DNA from: an uncultured Verrucomicrobiae bacterium
Lineage (GTDB): Bacteria; Verrucomicrobiota; Verrucomicrobiia; Chthoniobacterales; Chthoniobacteraceae
Length of the DNA: 64,000 bases
Assembly (NCBI GenBank): GCA_963828525.1
Contig: CAWHEP010000008.1
Span: 160,001-224,000, forward strand
Direction of reading: 5' to 3'
The position numbers and the translations under genes are program-made. How positions within the stretch are numbered: position 1 is the first letter of the stretch; each line of letters opens with the position of its first letter. Below are positions 21,198 to 32,925 of this stretch, one piece after another. The notes beneath the pieces are model-generated. The model had not been told where the DNA came from. It saw nothing but the letters and a program-made list of their open reading frames with translations, and did not search any database.

Positions 21198-22316
21198 TCA
21201 GGCGATCTTCCGCGACGCGGTTTTGCCGACGCCGCTTTTTGCGAGCTTCCCTTCCAAAAACATCAAGACAGCGGCTTCTTCCGGTTTGAGACGGGACAAC
21301 TCTCTGGACATTTTTTCCTCGCCCCGCTGACGGAGCGTATCGATCAAAGAGCCTTCCATGTATGAATTCACCACCTCGGGATGCACATAGCACTTGCGAC
21401 AAATCGCAGGGGTATTTCCCAGCATGCGGGAAACAGCCTCAATGGCTGCGGTTACGTTGCACTTCGCCTCTTTCGAACTGGTGAATTTTTCAAATTCCTT
21501 CAGCGCCACCATGGCCAGCACGGTCGCAGTCCATGTTCGGAAATCTTTGGCGGTGCAATCCTCGCCACACTGTTCACGGAGGTATGTGTTCACATCGCCG
21601 GAATCCACCGACCGAATCGCGCCTTCTTCATCGACGTACTCGAACAACTCGTGGCCCGGCAGGTCCTGGCATCGCTTCACAATTCTCGCCAACTGAGGAT
21701 CACGCACATCGATCGCGTGGTATTTTCCGCTTTTACCCTTGAACTCAAAATGGATCTTCGAAGACGAAACCTTCACATGCCGGTTCCTCATGGTCGTGAG
21801 CCCGAATGATTTATTCTCCTTTGCGTATTCTTCGTTGCCAATGCGAATCAGCGTCGTTTCAAGGAGTCGAACAATGGTGGCAAGGACCTTTTCGCGGGGC
21901 ATTCCGGACTTCGCAAGATCACGCTGCACACGCCCGCGGATCTTGGGGAGCGCCTTCCCGAACGTGATCATTCTCTCGAATTTGGTTTGATCACGCGCCT
22001 CGCGCCAGCGCGCATGGTAGCGGTATTGTTTTCGACCTCGGGCGTCCCGCCCGCTTGCCTGGAGATGCCCATTTTCGAAGCGGCAAATCCACACGTCATC
22101 CCAGGCAGGCGGAATACCGAGTCGCTGAATGCGAATTACTTCGTTGTGATCCGTGATTCGCTTGCCCTCAGGATCAATGTAGATGAATTTTTTGCCTCGC
22201 CTGCGCCGACTCACGCCGGGCTTTGCATCAGTGACATATCGAAGACCCGCTTCCTTTGCGGAGTGGACGGATTCAGCCACGAGCCCAGCGGCGGTAGTCG
22301 GATTTTTCACGTTCAC
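21198..22316 (-). CDS. DNA topoisomerase IB (bacterial, poxvirus-like)
   Basis: IPPAW..VWIC, GRDARGRKQYRYH, IRIGNEEY, F.GKSG, KDFRTW, LGNTPAICRKCYVHP (catalytic Tyr). Confidence 0.93.
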   Translation of the reverse strand: MNVKNPTTAAGLVAESVHSAKEAGLRYVTDAKPGVSRRRRGKKFIYIDPEGKRITDHNEVIRIQRLGIPPAWDDVWICRFENGHLQASGRDARGRKQYRYHARWREARDQTKFERMITFGKALPKIRGRVQRDLAKSGMPREKVLATIVRLLETTLIRIGNEEYAKENKSFGLTTMRNRHVKVSSSKIHFEFKGKSGKYHAIDVRDPQLARIVKRCQDLPGHELFEYVDEEGAIRSVDSGDVNTYLREQCGEDCTAKDFRTWTATVLAMVALKEFEKFTSSKEAKCNVTAAIEAVSRMLGNTPAICRKCYVHPEVVNSYMEGSLIDTLRQRGEEKMSRELSRLKPEEAAVLMFLEGKLAKSGVGKTASRKIA

Positions 22317-22413
22317 TCAAGAATCGTGCCGCCCCAATTTTTGCGCCTGCCCCCCGGGAGCGCCTTTCCTCTTGATCCGCGCGCGCGGAGACAAACGCGA
22401 AAAGCGGCGGGCG

Positions 22414-24006
22414 CTAGCGTTCGTTCCCGGTCTGCGTCATCCGCAAAACCCGCAAATACTGCGCGCGAAAGCCATCGCCCAATTCTTTCGCGAGGCGCGC
22501 TTGTTCGATCTTCCGCGGGGAGCGGAGGGCCTCGCGAATGCGACCCGACGCCTCCGCATACGCGACCGACCTCACGTCATGAAAAACGGCCAGGGCGGAG
22601 GGCGGGAAGCGCGCGTCAACAAGGGCGCGCCATGCAGCGCGTAACTCCTCGTGTGGCTGGATGCACATGCACCTTATAATAAAGCTCATCGGGAGAAAAA
22701 GCTGGCCAGTCCACGCGCTATCGTAATGGAACTCTCCTCCCGCTTCGTAGGGATCCACGCCGGGATCTGAACGGCAGTCGCGCTGCGACAGGCCGTATAA
22801 CTCGGGGCGGATTGGCAATCTCCGAAGCGCGTATTTTACTGGGCCACCAGGAGCGCCCTGCTTCCAGTTCCATAGCCGCTGGCCTTCCAGCGACAATACA
22901 AATTCCAGAAATTCGCCGGCCAGTTCCGGATGGGGAGCGCCTCTAAGCACTCCGATGGGATCCGCGCCGAAAGAGGATCCTCCCTGAGGCGTCACATATG
23001 TCAGGCGGGATCCCGCGGACGTTGATACAGCATCACTTTGCGCGCGCCCGTAAAAATCAATGCACATCCCAGCTGCGGCGTCTCCCATCGCCACATCCCA
23101 AGGCGTCTTTGTGGAGGAGTCGGTGAAGTAACGACCATTTCCCGCTATATCCTGGATGAGCCTCAATCCGCTGAGCCATCCCTGGGCAACGCCGGAATCC
23201 TTGTTTTGTTGAACCGCAGCTTGAATCTGTTGCTGGATTAACATCTCGAACGCCTTTGCTACTGAACCGCTTTGCGTTGGATCGCTCAGCGCCACCCTTC
23301 CAAACAAGCGTGGATCGCTGAGATCACTCCACTTTGCAGGAGGCGCCCCAATGCGCAAGGCGGCCAGCGCATCCGTGTTATAACAGATGCCGAAGGAGCC
23401 GAGACATGCACCTACCCATCGGCCTTTCACATCCCAGAACGGTTCACCCCCCAGCGTTTGTGGAATGCAGTTCGAACAAAAGATTTCGGGATGGCTTCGT
23501 ACCACGCCAGCGTCGACCAGCCTGCCGGCCGCGGCTTGCAGGCCAAAATCAAAACTGCCTCCGCCAAAGAACAGGTCAACACCACATCCTGCGCGTGAAT
23601 CCAGAAACGCCCGCCTGGCCGCCTGGCCTGGGGAGTCGCTCCCGGCATCCACCGCCGGCAAGATTCGCGGATTGTCGAAGGCGGATTGGACCTGCCCGCT
23701 CCACAGATGACCCAAGTCCCGCGTCCAGTGGTTTCGGAAAGAGGCGAGGTATTCTGAAGCGAGATAGCGCGAGATTTCGCTGGTTCCGCCCGGGGTTCTC
23801 CAGTCGATCCGCGCGCGCCTGCCCGTCTTCTTCAAGTGGGAGTCGGCGAAGGCGCGTTCGAACTCGAATCGCGTGGCTTCGTTGTGAGGGGTAATGACAA
23901 CGAGCGTTTCTTCCGCGGACGTGAACCTTTCACTTTTTGGCCGCAACAGGAGCGGCCCTGCCAGCAGGATCAAAAACGCTGCCGCGATAAGCGCGCTTCT
24001 AGACAT
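22414..24006 (-). CDS. ABC transporter extracellular solute-binding protein (Fe3+/thiamine/polyamine-like class)
   Basis: LVVITPH, DLFFGGG, P..WSDL.DP, DPTQSGS, GMCIDFYG; N-terminal membrane anchor. Confidence 0.8.
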   Translation of the reverse strand: MSRSALIAAAFLILLAGPLLLRPKSERFTSAEETLVVITPHNEATRFEFERAFADSHLKKTGRRARIDWRTPGGTSEISRYLASEYLASFRNHWTRDLGHLWSGQVQSAFDNPRILPAVDAGSDSPGQAARRAFLDSRAGCGVDLFFGGGSFDFGLQAAAGRLVDAGVVRSHPEIFCSNCIPQTLGGEPFWDVKGRWVGACLGSFGICYNTDALAALRIGAPPAKWSDLSDPRLFGRVALSDPTQSGSVAKAFEMLIQQQIQAAVQQNKDSGVAQGWLSGLRLIQDIAGNGRYFTDSSTKTPWDVAMGDAAAGMCIDFYGRAQSDAVSTSAGSRLTYVTPQGGSSFGADPIGVLRGAPHPELAGEFLEFVLSLEGQRLWNWKQGAPGGPVKYALRRLPIRPELYGLSQRDCRSDPGVDPYEAGGEFHYDSAWTGQLFLPMSFIIRCMCIQPHEELRAAWRALVDARFPPSALAVFHDVRSVAYAEASGRIREALRSPRKIEQARLAKELGDGFRAQYLRVLRMTQTGNER

Positions 24007-24009
24007 TGA

Positions 24010-25080
24010 TCACTCCGCGAGGATCAAAACGTCGCGCGGCGAGACCACGGCAAAAGCCGAGGTCTGAACGCCGCGCCCGGCAGCAGAGGGGTTGAGTTCA
24101 GCAATCCTGAGACTTGAGGACGCAGAGAGGAATCGATATTCGGCCATGCTGCCCGAGTAGATGGCTTCCCCGATCGTTCCAGCGATCGAGTTACAATCTG
24201 CCGAATGGTCCTGAAGTGTGAAACATTCGGGGCGAATCGACAGGAACACCTTGTCACCTTTTGACAATGGCGAAGCCCCGGGAGGCACCCTGCCGCTAAA
24301 TTTGCCAAGATCCGTGGCAACACAGGCGTTGCCTCCTTCCACGAAGTCAACCGTGCCCGCAATGAAGTTGCTGTCGCCAATAAAGTCTGCCACAAACCGG
24401 CTGAGGGGGGAGCGGTAAACCTGCTCCGGCGCGCCCACCTGGCGAATTTTCCCCTTCTCCATCACGGCGAGACGGTCCGCGACGGAAAGCGCCTCTTTCT
24501 GATCGTGTGTGACGTAGATAGAGGTCAGGCCAAACTTGCGGCAGATGCTCCTGATTTCCAGCCGCATCTCCGTCCGGAGTTTCGCGTCCAGGTTGGAGAG
24601 CGGTTCATCGAGCAAAAGACAGCGGGGTCTTACAACCAAGGCTCTTGCAAGCGCGACTCGCTGCTGTTGTCCGCCGGAGAGCTGATTTATGCGGCGATCC
24701 GCCAGTTCAGACATTTGGACAGAGGCAAGCGCTTCGGCGACACGCTGCCGGACCTCGCGGTTGGGCAGCCGCTGCTCTTCCAATCCAAACGACACATTGC
24801 CCCCAACCGTCTTATGAGGCCAGAGGGCGTAGTTCTGAAACACCATGCCCGTGTTACGGCGGTTCGGAGCTTCTGAAGTCACGTCCATCTCGCCGAAAAG
24901 AATCTTTCCCGAATCTGGGGCGCAGAATCCGGCAATGGATCGCAGCAGAGTCGTCTTGCCGCAACCGCTCGGGCCGAGAAGGAAAAATATTTCGCCAGCC
25001 CGAATTTCAAGGTCGATGTGGTCGAGCGCAAGGACCGATGCAAACCGCTTGGTTAGACCTTGTATCGTTACAGGCAGCAT
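24010..25080 (-). CDS. ABC transporter ATP-binding protein (PotA/FbpC type)
   Basis: GPSGCGKT, LSGGQQQR, LLLDEPLSNLD, VTHDQ; C-terminal TOBE-like region. Confidence 0.92.
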   Translation of the reverse strand: MLPVTIQGLTKRFASVLALDHIDLEIRAGEIFFLLGPSGCGKTTLLRSIAGFCAPDSGKILFGEMDVTSEAPNRRNTGMVFQNYALWPHKTVGGNVSFGLEEQRLPNREVRQRVAEALASVQMSELADRRINQLSGGQQQRVALARALVVRPRCLLLDEPLSNLDAKLRTEMRLEIRSICRKFGLTSIYVTHDQKEALSVADRLAVMEKGKIRQVGAPEQVYRSPLSRFVADFIGDSNFIAGTVDFVEGGNACVATDLGKFSGRVPPGASPLSKGDKVFLSIRPECFTLQDHSADCNSIAGTIGEAIYSGSMAEYRFLSASSSLRIAELNPSAAGRGVQTSAFAVVSPRDVLILAE

Positions 25081-25095
25081 CGGCTCTGTCGTGAC

Positions 25096-26055
25096 TTAGA
25101 GCCCGGACATTAGGGCGAATGTGGAGTCCGCGAATCCTGGCAGCTTTTCGTGTTCGAAATCCGGGAAGACAACTACTTCTTTCTCTGAGCGGATTTTGTT
25201 ATACGCGGCGAACTGAGTCGAGGGCGGGCACGTCTCATCCATTAATCCTACACCCATCAGCACGCGCGCCTGGATTCTGGGAGCAAAATGCTGCGCATCG
25301 ATGTACCCCAGCTTCGTAAAAATCTCCTGCTCGCGTTCGTGCCGGGGATCAAACATACGAAAGTGGTTTCGGAGTCCTTCGTAGGCCCGCTCGGCGAGAT
25401 CCAGTTCCCAGACCCGCTGGTAGTCACACAAAAAAGGATAGACAGGAGCAATGCGCCGGATCTCTGGAACTAACGCGGCACAGACTAGCGTGAGGGCTCC
25501 CCCTTGCGATCCGCCCATCGCTCCGACCCGATTGGCATCCACTTCCGGAAATTCCATTATTATGCCCGCGAGCTGAGCGGCATCCAAAAAAATTTGGCGG
25601 AAAGCCAGATTCGAGGGTTCCTCATCCAGTCCGCGAACCACGTGCCCCGACAGAGTGTTGCCGCGGGAGCCCCCAAGATCCTCGCTTAACCCGCCTTGTC
25701 CCCGGCAATCCAGCGAAGCTACCGAAAACCCCATCGCGACGTAATTGAGTTTGTCCGCCCAATCCCCGCTACTCCCGGTGTATCCGTGAAATTGAAGGAT
25801 GGCCGGGCGCGGCGCAAGCGAGCCCGCGGGCCTCAGATATTTCGCGTGAACCCTGCTCCCTCCGACGCCAGTGAAAAAGAGGTCGAAGCACTCCGCAAAC
25901 GGCGCGTGGAAGGCAGCCTTCCGCAGCTCGACGTTCGCATCGATCGCCCGCATTTCAGAAAGCGAGGTGTCCCAGAAAGCATCAAAGTCCGCTGGGCAAG
26001 GATTGATTCCGCGATACCGAAGCAACTCCGGCAGGGGCATATCGATCTTGGGCAT
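25096..26055 (-). CDS. Acetylxylan esterase / cephalosporin-C deacetylase (CE7)
   Basis: P.DFDAFW, FHGY, DCRGQGG, GGSQGG nucleophile motif, DETCPPSTQFAAYN, catalytic His (EHE). Confidence 0.9.
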   Translation of the reverse strand: MPKIDMPLPELLRYRGINPCPADFDAFWDTSLSEMRAIDANVELRKAAFHAPFAECFDLFFTGVGGSRVHAKYLRPAGSLAPRPAILQFHGYTGSSGDWADKLNYVAMGFSVASLDCRGQGGLSEDLGGSRGNTLSGHVVRGLDEEPSNLAFRQIFLDAAQLAGIIMEFPEVDANRVGAMGGSQGGALTLVCAALVPEIRRIAPVYPFLCDYQRVWELDLAERAYEGLRNHFRMFDPRHEREQEIFTKLGYIDAQHFAPRIQARVLMGVGLMDETCPPSTQFAAYNKIRSEKEVVVFPDFEHEKLPGFADSTFALMSGL

Positions 26056-26228
26056 GTCTTCTTATGACAGGGACGCCGCCGGCATCAACCCCGCCTTTGC
26101 TTAAAAAAGACAAAGCATTCAGAAAAGAGCAGTAAAGCAGCAGCGGGGCATCCCATCCACGAGCCGAATCCGACTTGAAACGAGACAATGTTTGCAGGCA
26201 TGCGCCTAAACAGTAATTTTACACCGCC

Positions 26229-29200
26229 GTGAACACCAGCAGCAGCAGTGATGTGGGTGGAAAAAGGAAGCATCCGTGGATCAAGCGGGTCTTCCAGGGA
26301 GCCGGTGTTCTTTTTCTGCTTCTGGTTCTGTTTCATCGTCCGATCCTGATCGCGATAATCCGGATCGCCGCGATAAAGGTTGCCGCGAGGCAGCATATCC
26401 GCCTGAACCTTGAGGTTGGCGGAACAGTCTTGGGAAGTCTAAGCCTGGAGAACGTGCATGGCAGGCCAGATGGGACTGGCCCCAGCCCTGTGGAGAAGGT
26501 CGATATCGACCTTGTGCGCGTGAATTACGACCTCATCTCCCTGGCGCGGAACGGAATTCAGAATTTCCTGCGCGGCTATGAGGTGAAGAATGTCAATATC
26601 ATCATCAAACCCGTCGCCGGGACTCCTTCGCAGAAGGAAGACCTTGGATCGACGCTTAGCAGTATTTTTCAGATTCCCGCTCTTTACACCGATCATATTG
26701 CCGTCGAGAACGTGAGCTTCATGCTGGACAATCCGGATGGCGCGCTCTCGGCGAGCGGCCTGACGTTAACTCTCGATACCGACAAGCCCGGGGTGTTCCA
26801 GATTACTGAGTTGCAGATTCCCCACTTCCGGACCTGGAATTCGCTCTCAGCCGTCACGAGCTATACGAATCGTGACCTGATCATATCAAATCTCGCTCTC
26901 GACAACGACGTGGTTGTGGATCGTGTCGAATTGGATGCCTCGAGGCGGCTCGAGAAGGTGAATCGCATCGCCCTTGAGAGCCATGTCTTCGGGGGTACCG
27001 CGAACCTTTCGCTTTTCCTGCATGAGCTGGGGAACAAGAAAGCGGACGCGAAGATCGAAGGCTCCGTCCAGGGTGTCTCGGTGTCGAAGCTGGACACGTA
27101 TCTCAAACAGCATTCTCTTCCGGCGGCGACCATTTCGAACGTATCGGTTAATATCGAAGGCGATCCTTACGCCCCTGCTTCGCTTAACGGCGCGGTGGAA
27201 GTAAAGCTGGATGACATCGCGCTTGATACGCTGCGCGTGGATTCTGTCACGGCTAGAGTTGTCGCGACCCAGAGCGTAGCGCGGGTGGAGTCCGCGAGGA
27301 TCAGCATTGGCACGAATGTTGTGGCGCTGGACGCCCGATGTGTTCTCCCGACGTCGCTGGATGACCCGTATACAGCGGATCTCGACGGGACTTTCAAAGT
27401 CGATGCCCCGGAACCCGCGCGCCTTTCTCCACAGATAACTCAAGGACGCGCGTCAGTGGAAGGCGCGTTCGGCATGCACAACCGCCTACTGACGACTCAA
27501 CTGAGCGGCACCGGGAGCGGGCTGAGCGTCGCGACGGCTTCCCTGTCGGCTTTCCAGATGCAGGCGAGCATTTCGAAGAAGATGCCGTTGCCGAAACAGC
27601 AGCAGACCTCGGCGCTGGAGGGTCTCCGCGCTCAAATAACGGCGGCCCTGGAAGCGGTGCAGGTGGGAGAATACGCCGTCGATGATGTGGGGTTGAAAGT
27701 GTCGAGCGAGGATAACCATCTCCGGGTTGAAAACGTGACTTTGAAACGCAAGGAGAACGCGATTGCGGCCAACGCCACCTATGATGTGCCGGCAGACAAC
27801 AAGTGGCTGGAAGCGCCGATGCATCTCGACTTCACTTTGACAGCCCCCAATCTGACCGCTTTTAACGCCGAGCCGGCGCTGAAGGGGATAAATGGGGTTA
27901 TAAACGCAAACGGCTCGCTCGCTTCGGTAAACGGGATCTACAATGGCGCGATCGGCGTCAAGGGATCGAAGTTTGCCTTTAACCAGTTCACCGCGGATTC
28001 GCTTGATATCGATGTGGCGGTCGTCAACAGCGTAGCGAACGTCCGCGCATTGAAGCTCGCGCTGAATCCTGTGGATCAGCTTGCGGCTTCCGCCAATGTC
28101 GATCTTCGCGCCCCATACCACTACAGCGGAGCGCTTGCCTTCAACATCAGGGATCTCGCGGTATTCTTACCGGTTCTGAAAGCTTCGGGCGTCAAGGACC
28201 CAGTTGCCGGTTCACTTGGAATCACATGGCAGGGATCCGGTGACGGCCAAGGCGCGCGCCATACAGGCAACCTCCAGTTGAAAATGCAGAACGGACAGTA
28301 TGGAGAGATCAAGCCGATCGATATCGCGGTAGGCGGATCTTACAGCCCGGAAATAATCAGCTTTCCGACCTTCCACATCAACACGAACCGGGGCAACCTC
28401 CAGGCGCGGATCGACCTAAAGGATTCGTTGCTCCAGATTCGGGACGTTCTCTTTCAACAGGGCACTGTGGGTTTGGTGTCCGGGTCTCTGCAGATCCCGC
28501 TCGATCTGCGGAATCCCAAGGATGTGAGTTCATTGCTTCCTTCAACGGGATCGGTTGCCGTGAATTTGGTGTCAAAAGACATCAAGATCGAACCTCTCCT
28601 GAAGCCGCTGCATGGAGACGCGCCGGCAAAAGGAACCGTTACAACGACCATCACGGCCAGTGGCAGCCTCGATCACCTTGCTGCTGATGTTCACGTTCAA
28701 GCTAGAGATTTGCAGGCGAAGGCAGCGGCAAAACTCGCCCCTGCGACATTCGATATGGACCTAAACCTGAAGGACGACCGGCTCGCGCTGAACGGGGTGT
28801 TGCGCCAGGCAAAGATAAGCCCTTTGGAGATCAAAGGATCAATCCCTCTTCCGGTGAAGAAGCTCGTTCAGGACAAAAAGATCGACGAGCAATCGCCTGT
28901 GCAGCTTTCAGTGAAGCTGGCCCGAACTCCCGCGGCCTTCATCAGCGACATTGTTCCCGCGATCCGCTTTGCCCAAGGCGATGTGAGCTTGGATGTCAAT
29001 GTAGGAGGGACTCTGGCTAAACCGGCGATGAGCGGCTCCGCCCTGCTTGATATACCCGCCATCCGTTTCCTCGCGCAAAATTTGCCGGCCATCAGCGGCT
29101 TCAAGGGCAACATCAGCTTTGCCGGGAACCGTCTCACCATTGCGCGACTCGGGGGTGATCTTTCAGGCGGTTCCTTCAACTTGAGCGGGGGCATTCAAAT

Positions 29201-30135
29201 TCCAAGCCTCACGGCGCCCATGCAGTCCATCATCGATCTTTCGCTAACGTCAAAAGGAGCGCTCCTGCTGCGCAACGACACAATTACCGCGCGGGCGGAC
29301 GCGGACATTCGGGTCACGGGGACGGCAGAAAAAGCGCATGTGGCGGGCGCCGTCGGCATCACGAAGAGCAAGTTCTTCCGCGAAATCGATATCCTCCCGC
29401 TGCAGCTTCCTGGCAGGCCCGCGCCAAAGCCTCCCGCGCCGTCAGTGACTACAGTATCTTTTCCAAACCCGCCGCTGCGCGATTGTACATTTGATATTGC
29501 CATCAAGACGAAAGATCCATTCCTCGGTACGGGGAAACCTCGCCAATGGCGCGGTCGTCATGGACTTGAAACTGGCGGGTACCGGGCTCTCGCCTTCGCT
29601 GGTTGGCACTGTGCGGATCGAGAATTTTGTCGCCTCGCTTCCATTCAGCAAACTCGAGATCAACACGGGCTACGTTTACTTCAACGATGACAATCCATTC
29701 ATCCCTCAACTCGACATCCAGGGCGCCTCGAATATGCGGGATTATAACATCACGGTCTACATCTCGGGGAGCGCTTATCAGCCCCAGACGGTTCTCTCCA
29801 GCGAGCCGCCGCTCACACAGCAGGATATTGTCTCCTTGCTGGCCACGGGAGCAACCACTCAGGAACTTACCGGAAATGGGGATGTTCTCGCGGGCAGGGC
29901 GGCGTCGCTCCTTTTCCAAAAGGTATATCGCAAAGTTTTCAAGAAGAAGGCACCTTCCGAAAATGAGTCATTTGCGGACAAGATCTCTGTGGACGCGGGC
30001 GGCATTGACCCCCGCACCGGCAAGCAGGAAGTGACCAGCACCGTGAAACTCACCGACAAGGTGCAACTGCAGGGCGGGCTGGATGTACAGGGATACTTGC
30101 GGGGCGAGGTGAAATACCTGATTCGTTTCCGTTAA
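26229..30135 (+). CDS. tamB: TamB/AsmA-like translocation and assembly module protein, +1 frameshift at ~29526
   Basis: N-terminal TM, long beta-rich repeats, C-terminal DUF490-like region (SSEPPLTQQDIVSLLATG). ORFs 26229..29690 and 29491..30135 join as DPFL-VRGNLA. Adjacent to an Omp85 gene. Confidence 0.78.
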
Positions 30136-30138
30136 GCG

Positions 30139-32238
30139 ATGATCCCCGCACCAGGAAGGCAAGCCCATGGCATTCGTCTGCCGGTTGCTATTCTCATCGC
30201 CATACAGTTGTTTTCGGCGCTGGCGTTCTCTGAGGAGTACAAGCCCAACCCGGTTCAGGCAATGCCCACTCCTGTGCCGAAGAACCTCTCTGTCGCAATC
30301 GACTTCAAGGGCGCGACCAAATTCACCCGGGCACAGCTACTGGCGGCTATCGCGGATCAAGCGCAGGCGGTCTCGGACTCCGGCCTAAATCCAGCGTCCG
30401 CCGACGACACAGCCTTCTTCCTTGGCGTCTTCTATCATCGAAACGGATATTCGCAGGCAGAAGTCACCTGGCAGATCACCGGCGCAGGCTTGCTGCTGAA
30501 GGTCGCTGAGGGGCCCTTGACCAAAGTGGGGAATATCTCCTTCACCGGTAATCACTTCATCCCCACGGCCACGTTGAACGGCTACCTGCTGGGAGCAACC
30601 CAGGAGAGATTCTCCCGCGCCAAACCCGGGGAGCTTCCGTTCGTCGAGGAAGATATCCAAACCGGCGAGGATCGCGTGAGCGGCTACTACCTTCAGGAAG
30701 GATTTTTGCATGCCACGGTGAAGCCCCCGGAGATTGGCTATTCCCGGGACAAGACGGTTGCCGACGTCAGAATCGAGATTGCCGAAGGCGCGCGATACAC
30801 GTTCGGGAAGCTCACATTCAGCGGTGACCTCGTCTTCTACCCCCCACCCAAGGAGCTTCTTACCCAGCTCGAACCGTTCTCCAGCCAGCCTTACACGGAA
30901 GATCGCGTGACGAACATGCAGCGAGCGGTGGTTTACTTCTACAGAACGCACGGATACTTCCAGGTGAAGGTCACCTCCATCAGCAACCCGCAATCCGCCG
31001 TGAAGGGGGTTGTCCCAGTGGACTTCCATGTCGAGTCGGGGAATCTCTTCCGGTTCGACGGAGTGAAGGTGACAGGTCTCGACCGGCTGACGCCCAGCTT
31101 CCTCCCGAAGCGGTTCAAGAAGATCAAAGGCAAGTTCTACGATCCGCGGAAAGTGGATGAACAGTTTCAGTCTCTAATGCGCACCGGGCTGTTCAAGAAA
31201 CTAACCGTCACGCCCCGCGCTCTCCCAAACAATCAGGTGGAACTTGACCTGCAGGCGGAAGAAGCGAAAGCGAAGGAACTCGGGTTTGGCGTCGGGTTTG
31301 ACACATTCGAGGGCGCCATCCTCGGCTTCAGTCTGGGTGATCGCGACTTCCGGGGCAGTGGCCGTCCCCTCACCTCTACTTTTGAATACGCGCAGCGTTT
31401 TCTAAGAGGTGATGTCACCTACACCGATCCCTGGTTTTTGGAGAGCGATTACCAGCTGACGCTGAAGCTCTACGCGCTGGAACAACAGTTTCTCGGCTAC
31501 ACGAAATATGAGACCGGTTTTCGCGCGGAGATTGGCCGGGCCATCACCAAACATCTGGACGTGTCCATATTTCTCCTTCCGCGCAAAGTAAGCATCACCA
31601 ACACAGGGATCGATCCCAATGTAATCGGGTCTTCCAACTATTTCGTAAATAGCATAGGCGCGACTGCGACCCTCGACCTGCGGGACAGCAAGATCAACCC
31701 CGGGAAAGGCTTCATCACGAACGTGACGGCGGATGTCGCCACGAGCGCTCTTGCCAGCTCTCTGAGTTTCGTCCGCGGAACCTATAGAGCTTCGTATTAC
31801 CTACCGGTCACAAAAACCACACTGCTCGCCTTCGGCGCGAGGGGCGGGTTGATACTCCCTTTCGGCAGCCAGAGCGATATCCCCATCGACGAGCGTTTCT
31901 TCAATGGCGGCGCGCGAAGCGTGCGGAGTTTCGCCGAACTCCGCCTTGGACCGAAGGACAAGCACAACTACCCGACAGGGGGCGAGGTATTTACCACCTA
32001 CAACGCGGAGTATGTCTTCCCGCTTTATGGTGATATCCAGGGAGCGGTGTTTGCGGACGCTGGCAGCGTTGGCCGGAAAGTCTCAGATGGGGCTGGGGAC
32101 CTGCGGTACGCTTTGGGAGGTGGCATCCGTTATAAACTTCCCATCGGCCCTCTGCGAATCGACTACGGGTGGAATCCAGATCGGAAGCCTGACGAGAGCG
32201 TGGGCGCCTGGCAGATCACATTCGGAACGGCATTTTAG
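30139..32238 (+). CDS. Omp85-family outer membrane protein (TamA/BamA)
   Basis: POTRA-like repeats (ISFTGN), ERFFNGG..SVRSF, GIRY..PIGPLRIDYG, terminal Phe. Confidence 0.9.
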   Translation: MIPAPGRQAHGIRLPVAILIAIQLFSALAFSEEYKPNPVQAMPTPVPKNLSVAIDFKGATKFTRAQLLAAIADQAQAVSDSGLNPASADDTAFFLGVFYHRNGYSQAEVTWQITGAGLLLKVAEGPLTKVGNISFTGNHFIPTATLNGYLLGATQERFSRAKPGELPFVEEDIQTGEDRVSGYYLQEGFLHATVKPPEIGYSRDKTVADVRIEIAEGARYTFGKLTFSGDLVFYPPPKELLTQLEPFSSQPYTEDRVTNMQRAVVYFYRTHGYFQVKVTSISNPQSAVKGVVPVDFHVESGNLFRFDGVKVTGLDRLTPSFLPKRFKKIKGKFYDPRKVDEQFQSLMRTGLFKKLTVTPRALPNNQVELDLQAEEAKAKELGFGVGFDTFEGAILGFSLGDRDFRGSGRPLTSTFEYAQRFLRGDVTYTDPWFLESDYQLTLKLYALEQQFLGYTKYETGFRAEIGRAITKHLDVSIFLLPRKVSITNTGIDPNVIGSSNYFVNSIGATATLDLRDSKINPGKGFITNVTADVATSALASSLSFVRGTYRASYYLPVTKTTLLAFGARGGLILPFGSQSDIPIDERFFNGGARSVRSFAELRLGPKDKHNYPTGGEVFTTYNAEYVFPLYGDIQGAVFADAGSVGRKVSDGAGDLRYALGGGIRYKLPIGPLRIDYGWNPDRKPDESVGAWQITFGTAF

Positions 32239-32361
32239 AAGGCCAACGCGCGAGGTCGCAGCCACCCGTCCATAGTATCCCAAAAAAAACATCGCGCGCT
32301 TTTGCCGGCTCCCGCGTCCTGTCTGAAACAGCTATGCCATCGAACGCGCTTTCCATGCATC

Positions 32362-32925
32362 ATGACTCCTGATGAGCGGGAAGTCGTGGAAGCAGCGCTC
32401 GCGGGCGGCGAAGCTGCCTTTGAGGCACTCATCCGCCTCTACAGCAGGCGAGTTTACGCAGTGGCCTACGCCATTTTACAAGACAGGTGCGAAGCCGAGG
32501 ACACCGTTCAGGATACTTTCCTGAAAGCGTACAACACCCGCAGCCGACTGCGTGAGCCGGAGAAAATTGCGGAGTGGCTATGCATGATAGCGCGCAATCG
32601 GGCTCGCGATCTTTTGCGGAAGCGCAGGGTGAGGAGCGCGCCGGAAGCACTCGCTACCGAGAACTGCTTCGAAATGCCGCCAATCGCGGGGAATGATGAT
32701 GATCTTCATCTGCATCTCCGCTCTCTCCTGGCAAAGCTGCCAGAGACTCACAGGACAGCACTGACTCTTCGCTACATGGAGGATATGGATCACCGCTCCA
32801 TCGAACAGACAATGGGCCTCACAAGTGGGGCTCTTCGCGGAATCCTCGGGCGAGCGCTCTCCAGCATCAGAAAGGGAATGAAAATACAGCCGCATCCATT
32901 CGGCCCCGAGGCGGCAGTCCAATGA
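32362..32925 (+). CDS. ECF RNA polymerase sigma-70 factor
   Basis: AFEALIR.Y, AEDTVQDTFLKA, WL..IARN, region 4 (LPE..R.AL.LRY). Confidence 0.88.
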   Translation: MTPDEREVVEAALAGGEAAFEALIRLYSRRVYAVAYAILQDRCEAEDTVQDTFLKAYNTRSRLREPEKIAEWLCMIARNRARDLLRKRRVRSAPEALATENCFEMPPIAGNDDDLHLHLRSLLAKLPETHRTALTLRYMEDMDHRSIEQTMGLTSGALRGILGRALSSIRKGMKIQPHPFGPEAAVQ

